Source of the DNA: a virus
Taxonomy: Duplodnaviria > Heunggongvirae > Uroviricota > Caudoviricetes
DNA: 6,398 nucleotides
Virus record (IMG/VR): IMGVR_UViG_3300023312_000117
Coordinates: 1-6,398 of that record
Direction: 5' to 3' (one strand)
Every line of letters starts with the position of its first letter. The stretch's first letter is position 1. Made by a program: the position numbers and the translations under genes. The notes below the pieces were generated by a model that did not search any database, was not told the DNA's origin, and saw only the letters and a program-made list of their open reading frames with translations. Shown one piece after another: positions 1 to 6,398 of the stretch.

Positions 1-177
1 ACGCTGACGCATCTGCATGTCAGTAATTGCCGCGTTCGCCAGCTTCAGTTCTCTGGCATTTTTGTCGCGCTGGGCTTTGTAGGTAATGGCGTTATCACGG
101 TAATGATTAACCGCCCATGACAGACAGACGATGATGCAGATAACCAGAGCGGAGATAATCGCGGTTAATCTGTTCAT
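1..177 (-). CDS. Rz: Rz i-spanin (inner-membrane spanin subunit); only the N-terminal 59 codons are in the window, the 3' end runs off the window start
   Basis: Minus-strand ATG at 177-175 overlaps the R stop (ATGA). Translation [59 protein letters not shown] is near-identical to lambda Rz as recalled, with a hydrophobic N-terminal anchor. The embedded Rz1 would lie beyond the window start. Confidence 0.82.
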   Translation of the reverse strand, partial: MNRLTAIISALVICIIVCLSWAVNHYRDNAITYKAQRDKNARELKLANAAITDMQMRQR

Positions 178-650
178 ACCTCAATCTCTCTGACCATTCC
201 GCCCGCTTCTTTGAATTTTGCAATCAGGCTGTCAGCCTTATGCTCGAACTGACCATAACCAGCGCCCGGAAGTGAAGCCCAGATATTGCTGCAACGGTCG
301 ATAGCCTGACGAATATCACCGCGATCAATCATCGGTAAAGCGCCACGCTCTTTAATCTGTTGCAGTGCCACAGCGTCCTGGCTTTTCGGAGAGAAGTCTT
401 TCAGGCCAAGCTGCTTGCGGTAAGCAACCCACCAGCGTGAAAGAAGTTGATAACGGCCTGCAGCTGTTGATTTGAGTTTCGGGTTTAGCGTGACAAGTTT
501 GCGAGGGTGATCGGAGTAATCAGTGAAGAGTTCTCCACCGACAATAACGTCATAACCGTGGTTACGTGTCGGTTGTCGCCCGTTATCCGTTCCCTCTGAC
601 CATGCCACCATATCAAGGAAAGCTTTACGCTGGGAATTTAGTACCTGCAT
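174..650 (-). CDS. R: Endolysin R, lambda-type lytic transglycosylase (158 aa)
   Basis: ORF 174..650(-) translates to [51 protein letters not shown]..., near-identical to lambda R as recalled, including the catalytic Glu in the WSEGTD motif. ATG at 650-648 is preceded by AAGGAG with a 6-nt spacer. Sits between holin and Rz. Confidence 0.9.
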   Translation of the reverse strand: MQVLNSQRKAFLDMVAWSEGTDNGRQPTRNHGYDVIVGGELFTDYSDHPRKLVTLNPKLKSTAAGRYQLLSRWWVAYRKQLGLKDFSPKSQDAVALQQIKERGALPMIDRGDIRQAIDRCSNIWASLPGAGYGQFEHKADSLIAKFKEAGGMVREIEV

Positions 651-653
651 AAA

Positions 654-980
654 TTACTCCTTAGAGCCACCAAACTTGTTACCGATTACTCTCATTGCAG
701 CCCCACGAATAGCATCAACACCGATCAGCCCCACCCCACCACCAATGGCAACAGATAGTGATTTAGGCCATCCGACATACTCAAGAGCGGATGCAAAAGT
801 CAGCGTCAGAGCGCCACAGAGTAGAATTTCGAGTGTTTTTCGCTTCCAGCCGCCACCACCGCCAAAATAGGCAATACGTAAACCAGCCATAACAATCGAC
901 ATAATCACTGCGCCCAGCGGTGTGTCTCCACGCCACCAGCTCTGGACCAACTCCAGCCATGTATTTGGGTTATGAGGCAT
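654..980 (-). CDS. Putative holin (108 aa, about three predicted transmembrane segments, Gly-rich loops); not a lambda S homolog
   Basis: ORF immediately upstream of R on the same strand, with its TAA stop (656-654) inside the R Shine-Dalgarno. Three hydrophobic stretches (LGAVIMSIVMAGLRIAYF, LEILLCGALTLTFASALEYVGW, LSVAIGGGVGLIGVDAI) and a charged C-terminus fit a class I holin topology. Function is inferred from position and hydropathy only. Confidence 0.55.
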   Translation of the reverse strand: MPHNPNTWLELVQSWWRGDTPLGAVIMSIVMAGLRIAYFGGGGGWKRKTLEILLCGALTLTFASALEYVGWPKSLSVAIGGGVGLIGVDAIRGAAMRVIGNKFGGSKE

Positions 981-1120
981 TTGTAGTTATCTCTCACCTC
1001 GCTGATACAGCAGGTGCAAATTGAGGAAACATCATGTACCGCAAATCAGAAGCGGAAACGTCAAAGAAGCCGAGTCAATGGATAACTGCGGGATAGGCTA
1101 GGACCAAGGAATCCCCAGAC

Positions 1121-1154
1121 CCAGAAACGACAAAACCCGCTCGATGGCGGGTTT
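1121..1154 (-). terminator. Candidate intrinsic terminator on the minus strand (possible tR'-like late terminator)
   Basis: Perfect 8-bp inverted repeat AAACCCGC (1133-1140) / GCGGGTTT (1147-1154) with a 6-nt loop. On the minus strand the hairpin is followed by TTTTGTCGTTTC. On the plus strand the trailing sequence is not T-rich, so it is mainly unidirectional. Confidence 0.4.
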
Positions 1155-1199
1155 AAGCTGTGTGGCGAAGTGAGCACACTTAACAGATTACGATATTTT

Positions 1200-1259
1200 T
1201 TGCGTACGCGTTAGTGTTTTGATAGAATTTTCAGCCACATAAAAATTCATTCTTATAAT
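1200..1259 (+). promoter_or_regulatory. Putative sigma70-type promoter region for the plus-strand two-gene operon
   Basis: Candidate hexamers: TTGCGT (1200-1205), 17 bp, TAGAAT (1223-1228); also TTGATA (1219-1224) and a consensus TATAAT (1254-1259) 12 nt before the ATG. A weak SD-like GGGA (1262-1265) lies 6 nt before ATG 1272. Which hexamers are used cannot be decided from sequence. Confidence 0.25.
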
Positions 1260-1271
1260 TCGGGATATATA

Positions 1272-2447
1272 ATGGATATAACTTGTTTAGAATGTGGCAA
1301 TGTTCTTGACGACCCAACTGTAGCTTGCGATAAATGCGGTGCCACGCCTCATGTTGTAGTGCTGGGCAAACAATCGTACTTTCCTATTGGTGCTGTAACA
1401 GCAAATCTTGAAAAAAATGATTCAAGAGCATTTGATTATCGATTAGGTGAAGTTTGGGATCTAAAAAATGAAGTCACATCTGAATTCATAACCAGAATTG
1501 AGAAAAAATTTAGCCGAAAAAACAAATTTCATAACTTCCTAGACTCAGATCACAACCCTTCATCCATTCCTACGATCCTAAAAAAATACATTAATAAGAA
1601 TAATGAATTCATTGATTTATCTAGAGCTATAATAGAGAAGCTTAAACATAATGCTAATAACGAATCGAGAGTTGCCCAACTTCAGGGGGGGAGCGTTGTT
1701 TTCATCCACTATAAGTCTACCGAACCAGAGGATTTGGGGAAACTTCTAATCGTAATGGTTGATAAACAAAGCGCCTATGACTTTGATTCGGATAAGTTGA
1801 CCCCAACAAGATTAAATCCAATTAATACCGATGCCTTACGGCAGGCTGCGATGTTCGATTTAACTTTATTCGAAGCCAGTTATCCAGAAAACAAGGGTGA
1901 CTCATATGTACATTTCTTGCAAGGTAAATCTAAAAGCGATTTTTTCAAAGACTCATTAGGTTGCCGACATGATTCGGACAATAAAAGAAGCATTCAGCAA
2001 TTATTCAGTGCTATAGATATTTTTGCTAGTAAAAACTCACTCGGTCGTGTACTGCGTGATACTATTGACAATGAAGTTAAATCCTTACTGGAAAAAAAAT
2101 CAAAAGATAAACACGGAAATAAGTCCGTTAAGATAGAGGATATTTCAAAAATAATTGACTCATGCCTGACTGATTCACACAAATGTAAGGGAACGTTTGT
2201 CGATTTTGTTAATCTTAATGGTTTCCAGATTGACCCTCAATTTGAACCAACTCCTAAAGCAGCTGAAAGCGCGCTTACAATTGAAGTGGCAGATAACGAC
2301 AATAATTTTAAGTTGAAAATAATGCGTGGAGCTATTGGAGACGAAAAGTCAAATAAGCCTGTAATTCTCACTGACAACAAATGCGAAATTGTGATAAAAT
2401 TGAGTCAGGCAAATTATGATGAACTCAAAAGATATAGAGACAGCTAA
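1272..2447 (+). CDS. Gene A: zinc-ribbon plus NA37-family (YejK/NdpA-like nucleoid-associated protein) domain protein, 391 aa
   Basis: ATG start, long ORF in AT-rich DNA. N-terminus has a Cys4 zinc-ribbon pattern, CLECG...CDKCG (Cys 5, 8, 19, 22). The central region GGSVVFIHYKS...LLIVMVD...NPINTDALRQAAMFDLTLFE...YVHFLQGKSKSDFFKDSLG aligns by eye with E. coli YejK as recalled (GGFVLFCHYRY...LLVAVLS...HADIVARIDLTEWE...[22 protein letters not shown]). Confidence 0.75.
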   Translation: MDITCLECGNVLDDPTVACDKCGATPHVVVLGKQSYFPIGAVTANLEKNDSRAFDYRLGEVWDLKNEVTSEFITRIEKKFSRKNKFHNFLDSDHNPSSIPTILKKYINKNNEFIDLSRAIIEKLKHNANNESRVAQLQGGSVVFIHYKSTEPEDLGKLLIVMVDKQSAYDFDSDKLTPTRLNPINTDALRQAAMFDLTLFEASYPENKGDSYVHFLQGKSKSDFFKDSLGCRHDSDNKRSIQQLFSAIDIFASKNSLGRVLRDTIDNEVKSLLEKKSKDKHGNKSVKIEDISKIIDSCLTDSHKCKGTFVDFVNLNGFQIDPQFEPTPKAAESALTIEVADNDNNFKLKIMRGAIGDEKSNKPVILTDNKCEIVIKLSQANYDELKRYRDS

Positions 2448-2449
2448 TA

Positions 2450-3664
2450 ATGACAATTGCTGATGACTTATCAAGATTAGCGCAGATTATTAACGGAGCC
2501 TCAAGCAGAGTTGAGGGCTACTACACTGTCATAAGTCTTGAAGAAAGCATTGTTATTGTAAATAGTTCTGAAATAATTAGACTGTTACAATCTATAGGTT
2601 ATAAAAAGGCAACAACCTGCATCGAAAATAATGAAATTTGGCTAGATCGCCAAGCTTCATCTTGGGATGATGCTATAATTTATGAGAATGTTGAGTCTTT
2701 TTGGTCTAGAGTAAACACCCAAAACGCTCTTCCGAAAAATTATATCATCGGAACGCCGTTAATACTCCCTACTTCTAAGAATGAAAGCATCGAAAAAATC
2801 CATATTTTCTTTATGTGGAAAGATATCCTTTCATTAATTGCTGATCATCATAACAGTGACTGCTCTGTCTTATTTTTCACCAATGAAGACAAAAGTTATA
2901 CAGTCGAACTCACGCATTTTTTACAATATAGCGAGATTAATCGCTTATCGAACTCGTCTCTTAAATATGAAATTATAAAGGAGCTTCTCGACACAATAAA
3001 AATCAATGATTTACACAAAAGCGAGCGCAAGCTCGTTATACGCTCAGCCATAAACGAAGTATTTAAAGCAAATGGTACGTTCAATTTCTTTGACTTGCTT
3101 AACTCTACTGAACTCGTCAGGAAAAAATATGATGAACTATATGAGATTTACACAAAGAGGTTTTCTGTAAATAAAATTCTTAACGAACTCGATGAGAAAA
3201 ATCTTGAGTTCACGAGTAAAATTAACGAATTCATATCATCTAATCAGACAAAAGCATTGACTATTCCCGGTGCATTAATAGCAGCTGGTGGCTTAGTGAA
3301 GGCTAATGAAACAACCGAAGCAATATTGATTATCGCAGGACTTTGGATGATAAAAAAAGTCAATTACATTTCTATTGAGATATTCAATGAAACATTCGAC
3401 AACTTACGTTCTCGAGTGGAGTCCGCTTTCGATAAGTATTTAAAGTTTGAAGAAAATAAAGAAATCAAAGATAATGCAGATAGTATTAAGAGTAGCATTA
3501 CAGGTTTGATTGATAAAGCTAAAAAAAGGATGAGAACTGTTAAATATCTCGCATCAGCCATGTTTTATGGAGGCCTTATTTACGTTGGATATAAACAGTT
3601 CCCAGTCTTTTTTGAAAAATCGGCAGTAAATCTATTTTATTTTTTATGCCATACTATAAGCTAA
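2450..3664 (+). CDS. Gene B: uncharacterised 404-aa protein with C-terminal hydrophobic (putative membrane-associating) segments; candidate effector partner of gene A
   Basis: ATG at 2450 lies 2 nt after the gene A stop (TAATAATG), implying an operon. Same AT-rich composition. Hydrophobic stretches near the C-terminus: ALTIPGALIAAGGLV, AILIIAGLWMI and YLASAMFYGGLIYVGY. No catalytic motif recognised. The 3' end overlaps the 3' end of Q convergently by 21 bp. Confidence 0.7.
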   Translation: MTIADDLSRLAQIINGASSRVEGYYTVISLEESIVIVNSSEIIRLLQSIGYKKATTCIENNEIWLDRQASSWDDAIIYENVESFWSRVNTQNALPKNYIIGTPLILPTSKNESIEKIHIFFMWKDILSLIADHHNSDCSVLFFTNEDKSYTVELTHFLQYSEINRLSNSSLKYEIIKELLDTIKINDLHKSERKLVIRSAINEVFKANGTFNFFDLLNSTELVRKKYDELYEIYTKRFSVNKILNELDEKNLEFTSKINEFISSNQTKALTIPGALIAAGGLVKANETTEAILIIAGLWMIKKVNYISIEIFNETFDNLRSRVESAFDKYLKFEENKEIKDNADSIKSSITGLIDKAKKRMRTVKYLASAMFYGGLIYVGYKQFPVFFEKSAVNLFYFLCHTIS

Positions 3665-4000
3665 CATTGCTAAACAGCCGTCAACAAACCCCATTGCAGT
3701 TTGCAGTTCCTTCCTAATTGTGCCATCAGAGCATTTTCTCTTCTTCGCAATAGTGCGTAATGAGATACCGATAACAAAGTGGGCGATGATGAGCTCATAT
3801 TCCTCTGGTTTATACCTTCTCAACCGAGCCACACAACTGTCTATCATGATGCCTTCGTCATCATCACACTGAATCCGTGACTTTTTGCCATGAGGTAAAA
3901 GTCCCTTGAAACCAGCCGCTATCGGCTGCCAGTCCACTCCGCTATTGTCTGAAGCAGCCCAAGCTCCCCAACGATCCATTACTTCATACATATCACGCAT
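3644..4000 (-). CDS. quuD: Late-gene antiterminator Q-like protein (QuuD/phage 82-type Q family), 118 aa from ATG 4000
   Basis: Translation MRDMYEVMDRWGAWAASDNSGVDWQPIAAGFKGLLPHGKKSRIQCDDDEG...CSDGTIRKELQTAMGFVDG matches the DLP12 QuuD-type Q pattern as recalled. ATG 4000-3998 has GGAG 7 nt upstream; the longer TTG start at 4054 in the ORF track is less likely. Lies between rusA/ylcG and the lysis genes, the expected Q position. Confidence 0.78.
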   Translation of the reverse strand: MRDMYEVMDRWGAWAASDNSGVDWQPIAAGFKGLLPHGKKSRIQCDDDEGIMIDSCVARLRRYKPEEYELIIAHFVIGISLRTIAKKRKCSDGTIRKELQTAMGFVDGCLAMLAYSMA

Positions 4001-4084
4001 CAACTTTCTCCACAAAATCAGGCCAGAACGCCAATTACAAGCAAAAATCAACAAAACAGTATTAGTTGATTGTTATCTCTGACT

Positions 4085-4225
4085 TCATACTCCTGCTCCT
4101 GTCAGGGTTTTGGCGTAATTCTTCAGTATTCGGTAATCGGTCAAAACAGAACCGGGGAAACGATATAAGCGCAGACGCCCCCAGCGGTGGCGAAGAAATT
4201 CTGCCATATTAAACTCAAACATCAT
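4085..4225 (-). CDS. ylcG: YlcG-like small protein (46 aa, DUF3950 family)
   Basis: Hand translation of the minus strand gives [49 protein letters not shown] at 4225-4223 overlaps the rusA stop (ATGA). Not in the ORF track, presumably below its length cutoff. Matches the DLP12 gene order rusA-ylcG-quuD. Confidence 0.6.
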   Translation of the reverse strand: MMFEFNMAEFLRHRWGRLRLYRFPGSVLTDYRILKNYAKTLTGAGV

Positions 4226-4584
4226 TCATTCCCCATTTCGGTGATGGTCAGTTCCAGCCTCCCACCTTTGGTAACAGGCATCTTCACAACGCGGTAATCA
4301 ACGACCTGAGCATCATCCAGCCAGAAACCTGCTTTAGTGAGTGCGTCAAAAGCGGCTTTTTGCAGATTATCCAGGTCACGGCGACGGCGATCCGGCATGT
4401 GGCACTCAATGCGGATTTTCACAGGCATAGCTAGGCCGATATCCAGCATTGCGTTTTTAATGATTCGGGCGACGTTATCGCGGTATGCCTGCCCCTCTGC
4501 GCTGACGTGCGTGCGCCCGCGATTATGGCGGTAATAGCGATTATTGCTCGGAGGCCAGGGTAATGTGATGCTGTAGGTATTCAC
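4222..4584 (-). CDS. rusA: RusA Holliday-junction resolvase (120 aa)
   Basis: Translation [120 protein letters not shown] matches E. coli K-12 DLP12 RusA as recalled. GTG start at 4584 overlaps the ybcO stop. Confidence 0.92.
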   Translation of the reverse strand: MNTYSITLPWPPSNNRYYRHNRGRTHVSAEGQAYRDNVARIIKNAMLDIGLAMPVKIRIECHMPDRRRRDLDNLQKAAFDALTKAGFWLDDAQVVDYRVVKMPVTKGGRLELTITEMGNE

Positions 4585-4871
4585 GCCTTAATAACCCCCT
4601 CTTTCAGCCACATAACCTGTGTTCTCGCCATACCTTCCAGCGCGCATTCTTTTGCATATGCAGCATCGACAAAATGTGTGCGGCGGTCGATTTCGTCGTG
4701 GCAGGCAGAACATGCAATGGTGGCAATCAGGTCTGGCGGTTTGATACCGGTACCGCACAATCCAGCCAGCCGGATATGTGCCAGTACAGACGTTTCAGAA
4801 TTGCCATTACATACGCCAGGGATTCTTACCTGGCATTCCCGACCACGCGCTGCTTTTCTCAAATCAGCCAT
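4581..4871 (-). CDS. ybcO: YbcO-like protein (DUF1364; putative nuclease), 96 aa from ATG 4871
   Basis: Translation from the internal [99 protein letters not shown], matches DLP12 YbcO as recalled. GGAGG lies upstream of ATG 4871; the TTG at 4910 is an unlikely extension. Confidence 0.82.
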   Translation of the reverse strand: MADLRKAARGRECQVRIPGVCNGNSETSVLAHIRLAGLCGTGIKPPDLIATIACSACHDEIDRRTHFVDAAYAKECALEGMARTQVMWLKEGVIKA

Positions 4872-5034
4872 GATTCCTCCTTGCTGCCAGTCGCAACCAT
4901 TTTTTATCAACCAGGCTAGCGGTATATCCGAGCAGTGTTGGTATTTCGGATGGCTTCGGCTCAGGCTTACGCTTACGACGATTTGATACTCTGTAGATGT
5001 GTCCGTTCATGACACGAATAAGCGGTGTAGCCAT
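4864..5034 (-). CDS. ninE: NinE-like small protein (56 aa)
   Basis: Hand translation gives [59 protein letters not shown] at 5034-5032 overlaps the ninB stop (TAATG) and the 3' end overlaps the ybcO start. Position between ninB and ybcO matches DLP12. Below the ORF-track length cutoff. Confidence 0.75.
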   Translation of the reverse strand: MATPLIRVMNGHIYRVSNRRKRKPEPKPSEIPTLLGYTASLVDKKWLRLAARRNHG

Positions 5035-5489
5035 TACGCCTCCTGCTTGTCACGGAGCAGCTGGAACTCGCAGCTCTGCGGAATAGTCAGGTGGCAGCCA
5101 ATATTCACCGCCCAGGCTTCAACCTTACACAGGAAGACATACATCTCTCCGGTATCAAGATCGGAGGTATGGCGTAACGACTGGATAGTGGTGATATCAC
5201 CGGTTACGACATCAACCAGGTCTTTGGTTTCATAACCGAGATATGTGTGTTTGAGAGCATCTTTTACCCAAGCTGGAGTGGCGAACGTTTTACCCCTGTT
5301 GATGAGGTATTCACTGATTTCGCTGTACCACATGTGGCTGAGTGCATTCTGGGAAAGACTGCGTTTCTCACGCCACGGTTTAAGCACCATGCGAAAGCAT
5401 TTGCCCTCCTCCAGATAAGGCTGGATCTGCCGACCGATAGCGGTGAAGTTACCGCGATGTAATTTGATGCCATCTTGTGGGAGATTCAC
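5034..5489 (-). CDS. ninB: NinB-family recombination protein (YbcN-like), 151 aa
   Basis: Translation [62 protein letters not shown]... matches DLP12 YbcN / lambda NinB family as recalled. GTG start at 5489 is preceded by GGAGGTGAAGC. Confidence 0.86.
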   Translation of the reverse strand: MNLPQDGIKLHRGNFTAIGRQIQPYLEEGKCFRMVLKPWREKRSLSQNALSHMWYSEISEYLINRGKTFATPAWVKDALKHTYLGYETKDLVDVVTGDITTIQSLRHTSDLDTGEMYVFLCKVEAWAVNIGCHLTIPQSCEFQLLRDKQEA

Positions 5490-5685
5490 GCTTCACCTCC
5501 GCAGAGGTCAAACGCTGGATGCAAAAAATCGCAGGTGCATCTCTGCATCTGTGAAGGGAGAAGAGAGTTTGGATTGTATGTGCGCATAAACGTCCCCGTT
5601 TAGCGCAGAAGTCACCGGAGTTGTTCAGGCTCCGATGACATGATTATGGCAAAATGATTATGTAAAATCAAAAGCCAAAAAACAA

Positions 5686-6375
5686 TTATGGTTTATTTTC
5701 TAGCTCTGATTTTTTGAAAGCTTCTATCAGACGATTAGCATCTTCTGTACCACCAGGAAGCACGTTTGATTTTTTAAGAATATACGGTGGGAACTTTGTG
5801 GTTAAATATTCATGCTTAAACCATCTACGAAACTCTGACAATGCAGAATCAGGATAGGCATTAATGATCTGAGGATTGGAACTTGCCTGAAGAAAATCTT
5901 CAGGGTAATAATGCTCACAGTCTACTCTTTCTCCAAATTCTGTTGCTAACCCCTTTGCTTTCCAGTGACGCGCCCAGCAAGAACCAACACTGCCATCAGG
6001 TACGGTATGCTGATTAATCGCTAATCCAGCATTGATGAGATCTACCATCATACCTGCAATTTCATTAAATATAATGAAATACCCATCAGGTATGGTTCCC
6101 TTATCTTTTAATAAAGATACTCTGTCATGGTAATGCCTCCACGGGTCCTCCGGTTGATATTTTAGCGCCTCGTATATAAATGTCTTGAGGCCTTTTTTAG
6201 CAAGCTCTCTGTAAGATCTAATTGCAGTCTCACTTTCTGCTTGTTTTGCTTCAAAGGCATAGTATTCAAGTATAGCCATGCATACAACATCTGGATAAGC
6301 ATGGTACTCAACACCATTTCGAATTATTGGTATATAAAGTTTTTCATTAGACTGGCCCCCTGAATCTCCAGACAA
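5686..6375 (-). CDS. Uncharacterised AT-rich ORF (229 codons if started at TTG 6375); family not recognised
   Basis: Long minus-strand ORF upstream of ninB with GC visibly lower than the nin genes (spot counts ~27-40% on 60-nt lines). The ORF opens at TTG (6375-6373) directly after an in-frame TGA; the first in-frame ATG is at codon 33 (6279) and has no obvious SD. The start codon is therefore uncertain. Confidence 0.5.
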   Translation of the reverse strand: MSGDSGGQSNEKLYIPIIRNGVEYHAYPDVVCMAILEYYAFEAKQAESETAIRSYRELAKKGLKTFIYEALKYQPEDPWRHYHDRVSLLKDKGTIPDGYFIIFNEIAGMMVDLINAGLAINQHTVPDGSVGSCWARHWKAKGLATEFGERVDCEHYYPEDFLQASSNPQIINAYPDSALSEFRRWFKHEYLTTKFPPYILKKSNVLPGGTEDANRLIEAFKKSELENKP

Positions 6376-6380
6376 CCAAT

Positions 6381-6398
6381 ATCACTTAAATAAGTGAT
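6381..6398. promoter_or_regulatory. 18-bp perfect palindrome ATCACTTA-AA-TAAGTGAT; candidate operator or protein-binding site at the window edge
   Basis: Positions 6381-6398 read ATCACTTAAATAAGTGAT, identical to its reverse complement. It lies immediately 5' of the start of the 229-codon ORF. The ATCAC half-site resembles lambdoid repressor operator half-sites. Truncated by the window end, so context is unknown. Confidence 0.3.

Noticed and set aside
1-177. Rz1 o-spanin embedded in Rz
   Set aside because: In lambda, Rz1 starts about 220 nt into Rz, which falls beyond the window start; no Rz1-like lipobox ORF is present in the visible 177 nt.
676-870. 64-aa plus-strand ORF
   Set aside because: Lies entirely antisense within the holin gene, is Pro/Ser-rich and low-complexity, and has no RBS; an antisense artefact.
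1034-1096. 20-codon plus-strand ORF (MYRKSEAETSKKPSQWITAG) with an upstream GAGGAA
   Set aside because: Too short to support from sequence alone and sits in the leader/terminator region of the late operon; no recognisable family.
981-1271. Possible tRNA genes in the Q-S region, as in some Stx phages
   Set aside because: No T-loop-like GGTTCGAATCC or similar motif and no cloverleaf-compatible segment found by eye.
1994-3561. Minus-strand ORFs 1994..2182, 2896..3084 and 3364..3561 (62-65 aa)
   Set aside because: Embedded antisense within the long AT-rich genes A and B; AT-rich DNA has few stop codons on the opposite strand, and none has a convincing RBS.
4001-4054. N-terminal extension of Q from a TTG start (136-aa version in the ORF track)
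   Set aside because: The internal ATG at 4000 has a well-spaced GGAG and starts the conserved MRD... N-terminus; the TTG extension (MLIFACNWRSGLILWRKL) has no RBS.
4872-4910. N-terminal extension of ybcO from a TTG start (109-aa version)
   Set aside because: The ATG at 4871 with a GGAGG SD gives the conserved MADLRK start; the extension would overlap ninE extensively.
4337-5473. Plus-strand ORFs 4337..4534, 4674..4919, 4678..4986, 4999..5235, 5247..5462 and minus-strand ORF 5264..5473
   Set aside because: All overlap the well-supported minus-strand genes rusA, ybcO, ninE and ninB, either antisense or in alternative frames. They are Arg/Ser-rich with no RBS and are explained by GC-rich coding DNA on the other strand or frame.
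5582-5606. Imperfect hairpin as an intrinsic terminator
   Set aside because: No U-tract on either strand after the stem, and the stem has a bulge; kept only as a low-interest structural note.
1-6398. CRISPR arrays, IS elements or an integrase/att site
   Set aside because: No regularly spaced direct repeats, no transposase-like ORF, no terminal inverted repeats flanking a segment. The 18-bp palindrome at 6381-6398 is a single site, not an IS end pair.

Overview
This window is a lambdoid (DLP12-like) prophage segment spanning the end of the nin region, the Q antiterminator and the lysis cassette, all on the minus strand. Reading 5'->3' on the minus strand the order is: an AT-rich unknown 229-aa ORF, ninB, ninE, ybcO, rusA, ylcG, a Q-like antiterminator, then holin, R endolysin and the start of Rz. 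Between Q and the holin sits a ~2.5 kb AT-rich two-gene operon on the opposite (plus) strand. The most interesting candidate is this operon: gene A (391 aa) is an N-terminal Cys4 zinc ribbon fused to a YejK/NdpA-like (NA37) nucleoid-associated domain, and gene B (404 aa) is an unrecognised protein with C-terminal hydrophobic segments. I read it as a moron and a candidate undescribed phage-defence or abortive-infection module, but that is inference from architecture and location only. All homology statements come from reading the translations and comparing them with protein sequences recalled from memory; no search was run. No tRNA, rRNA, CRISPR array or IS element was seen.
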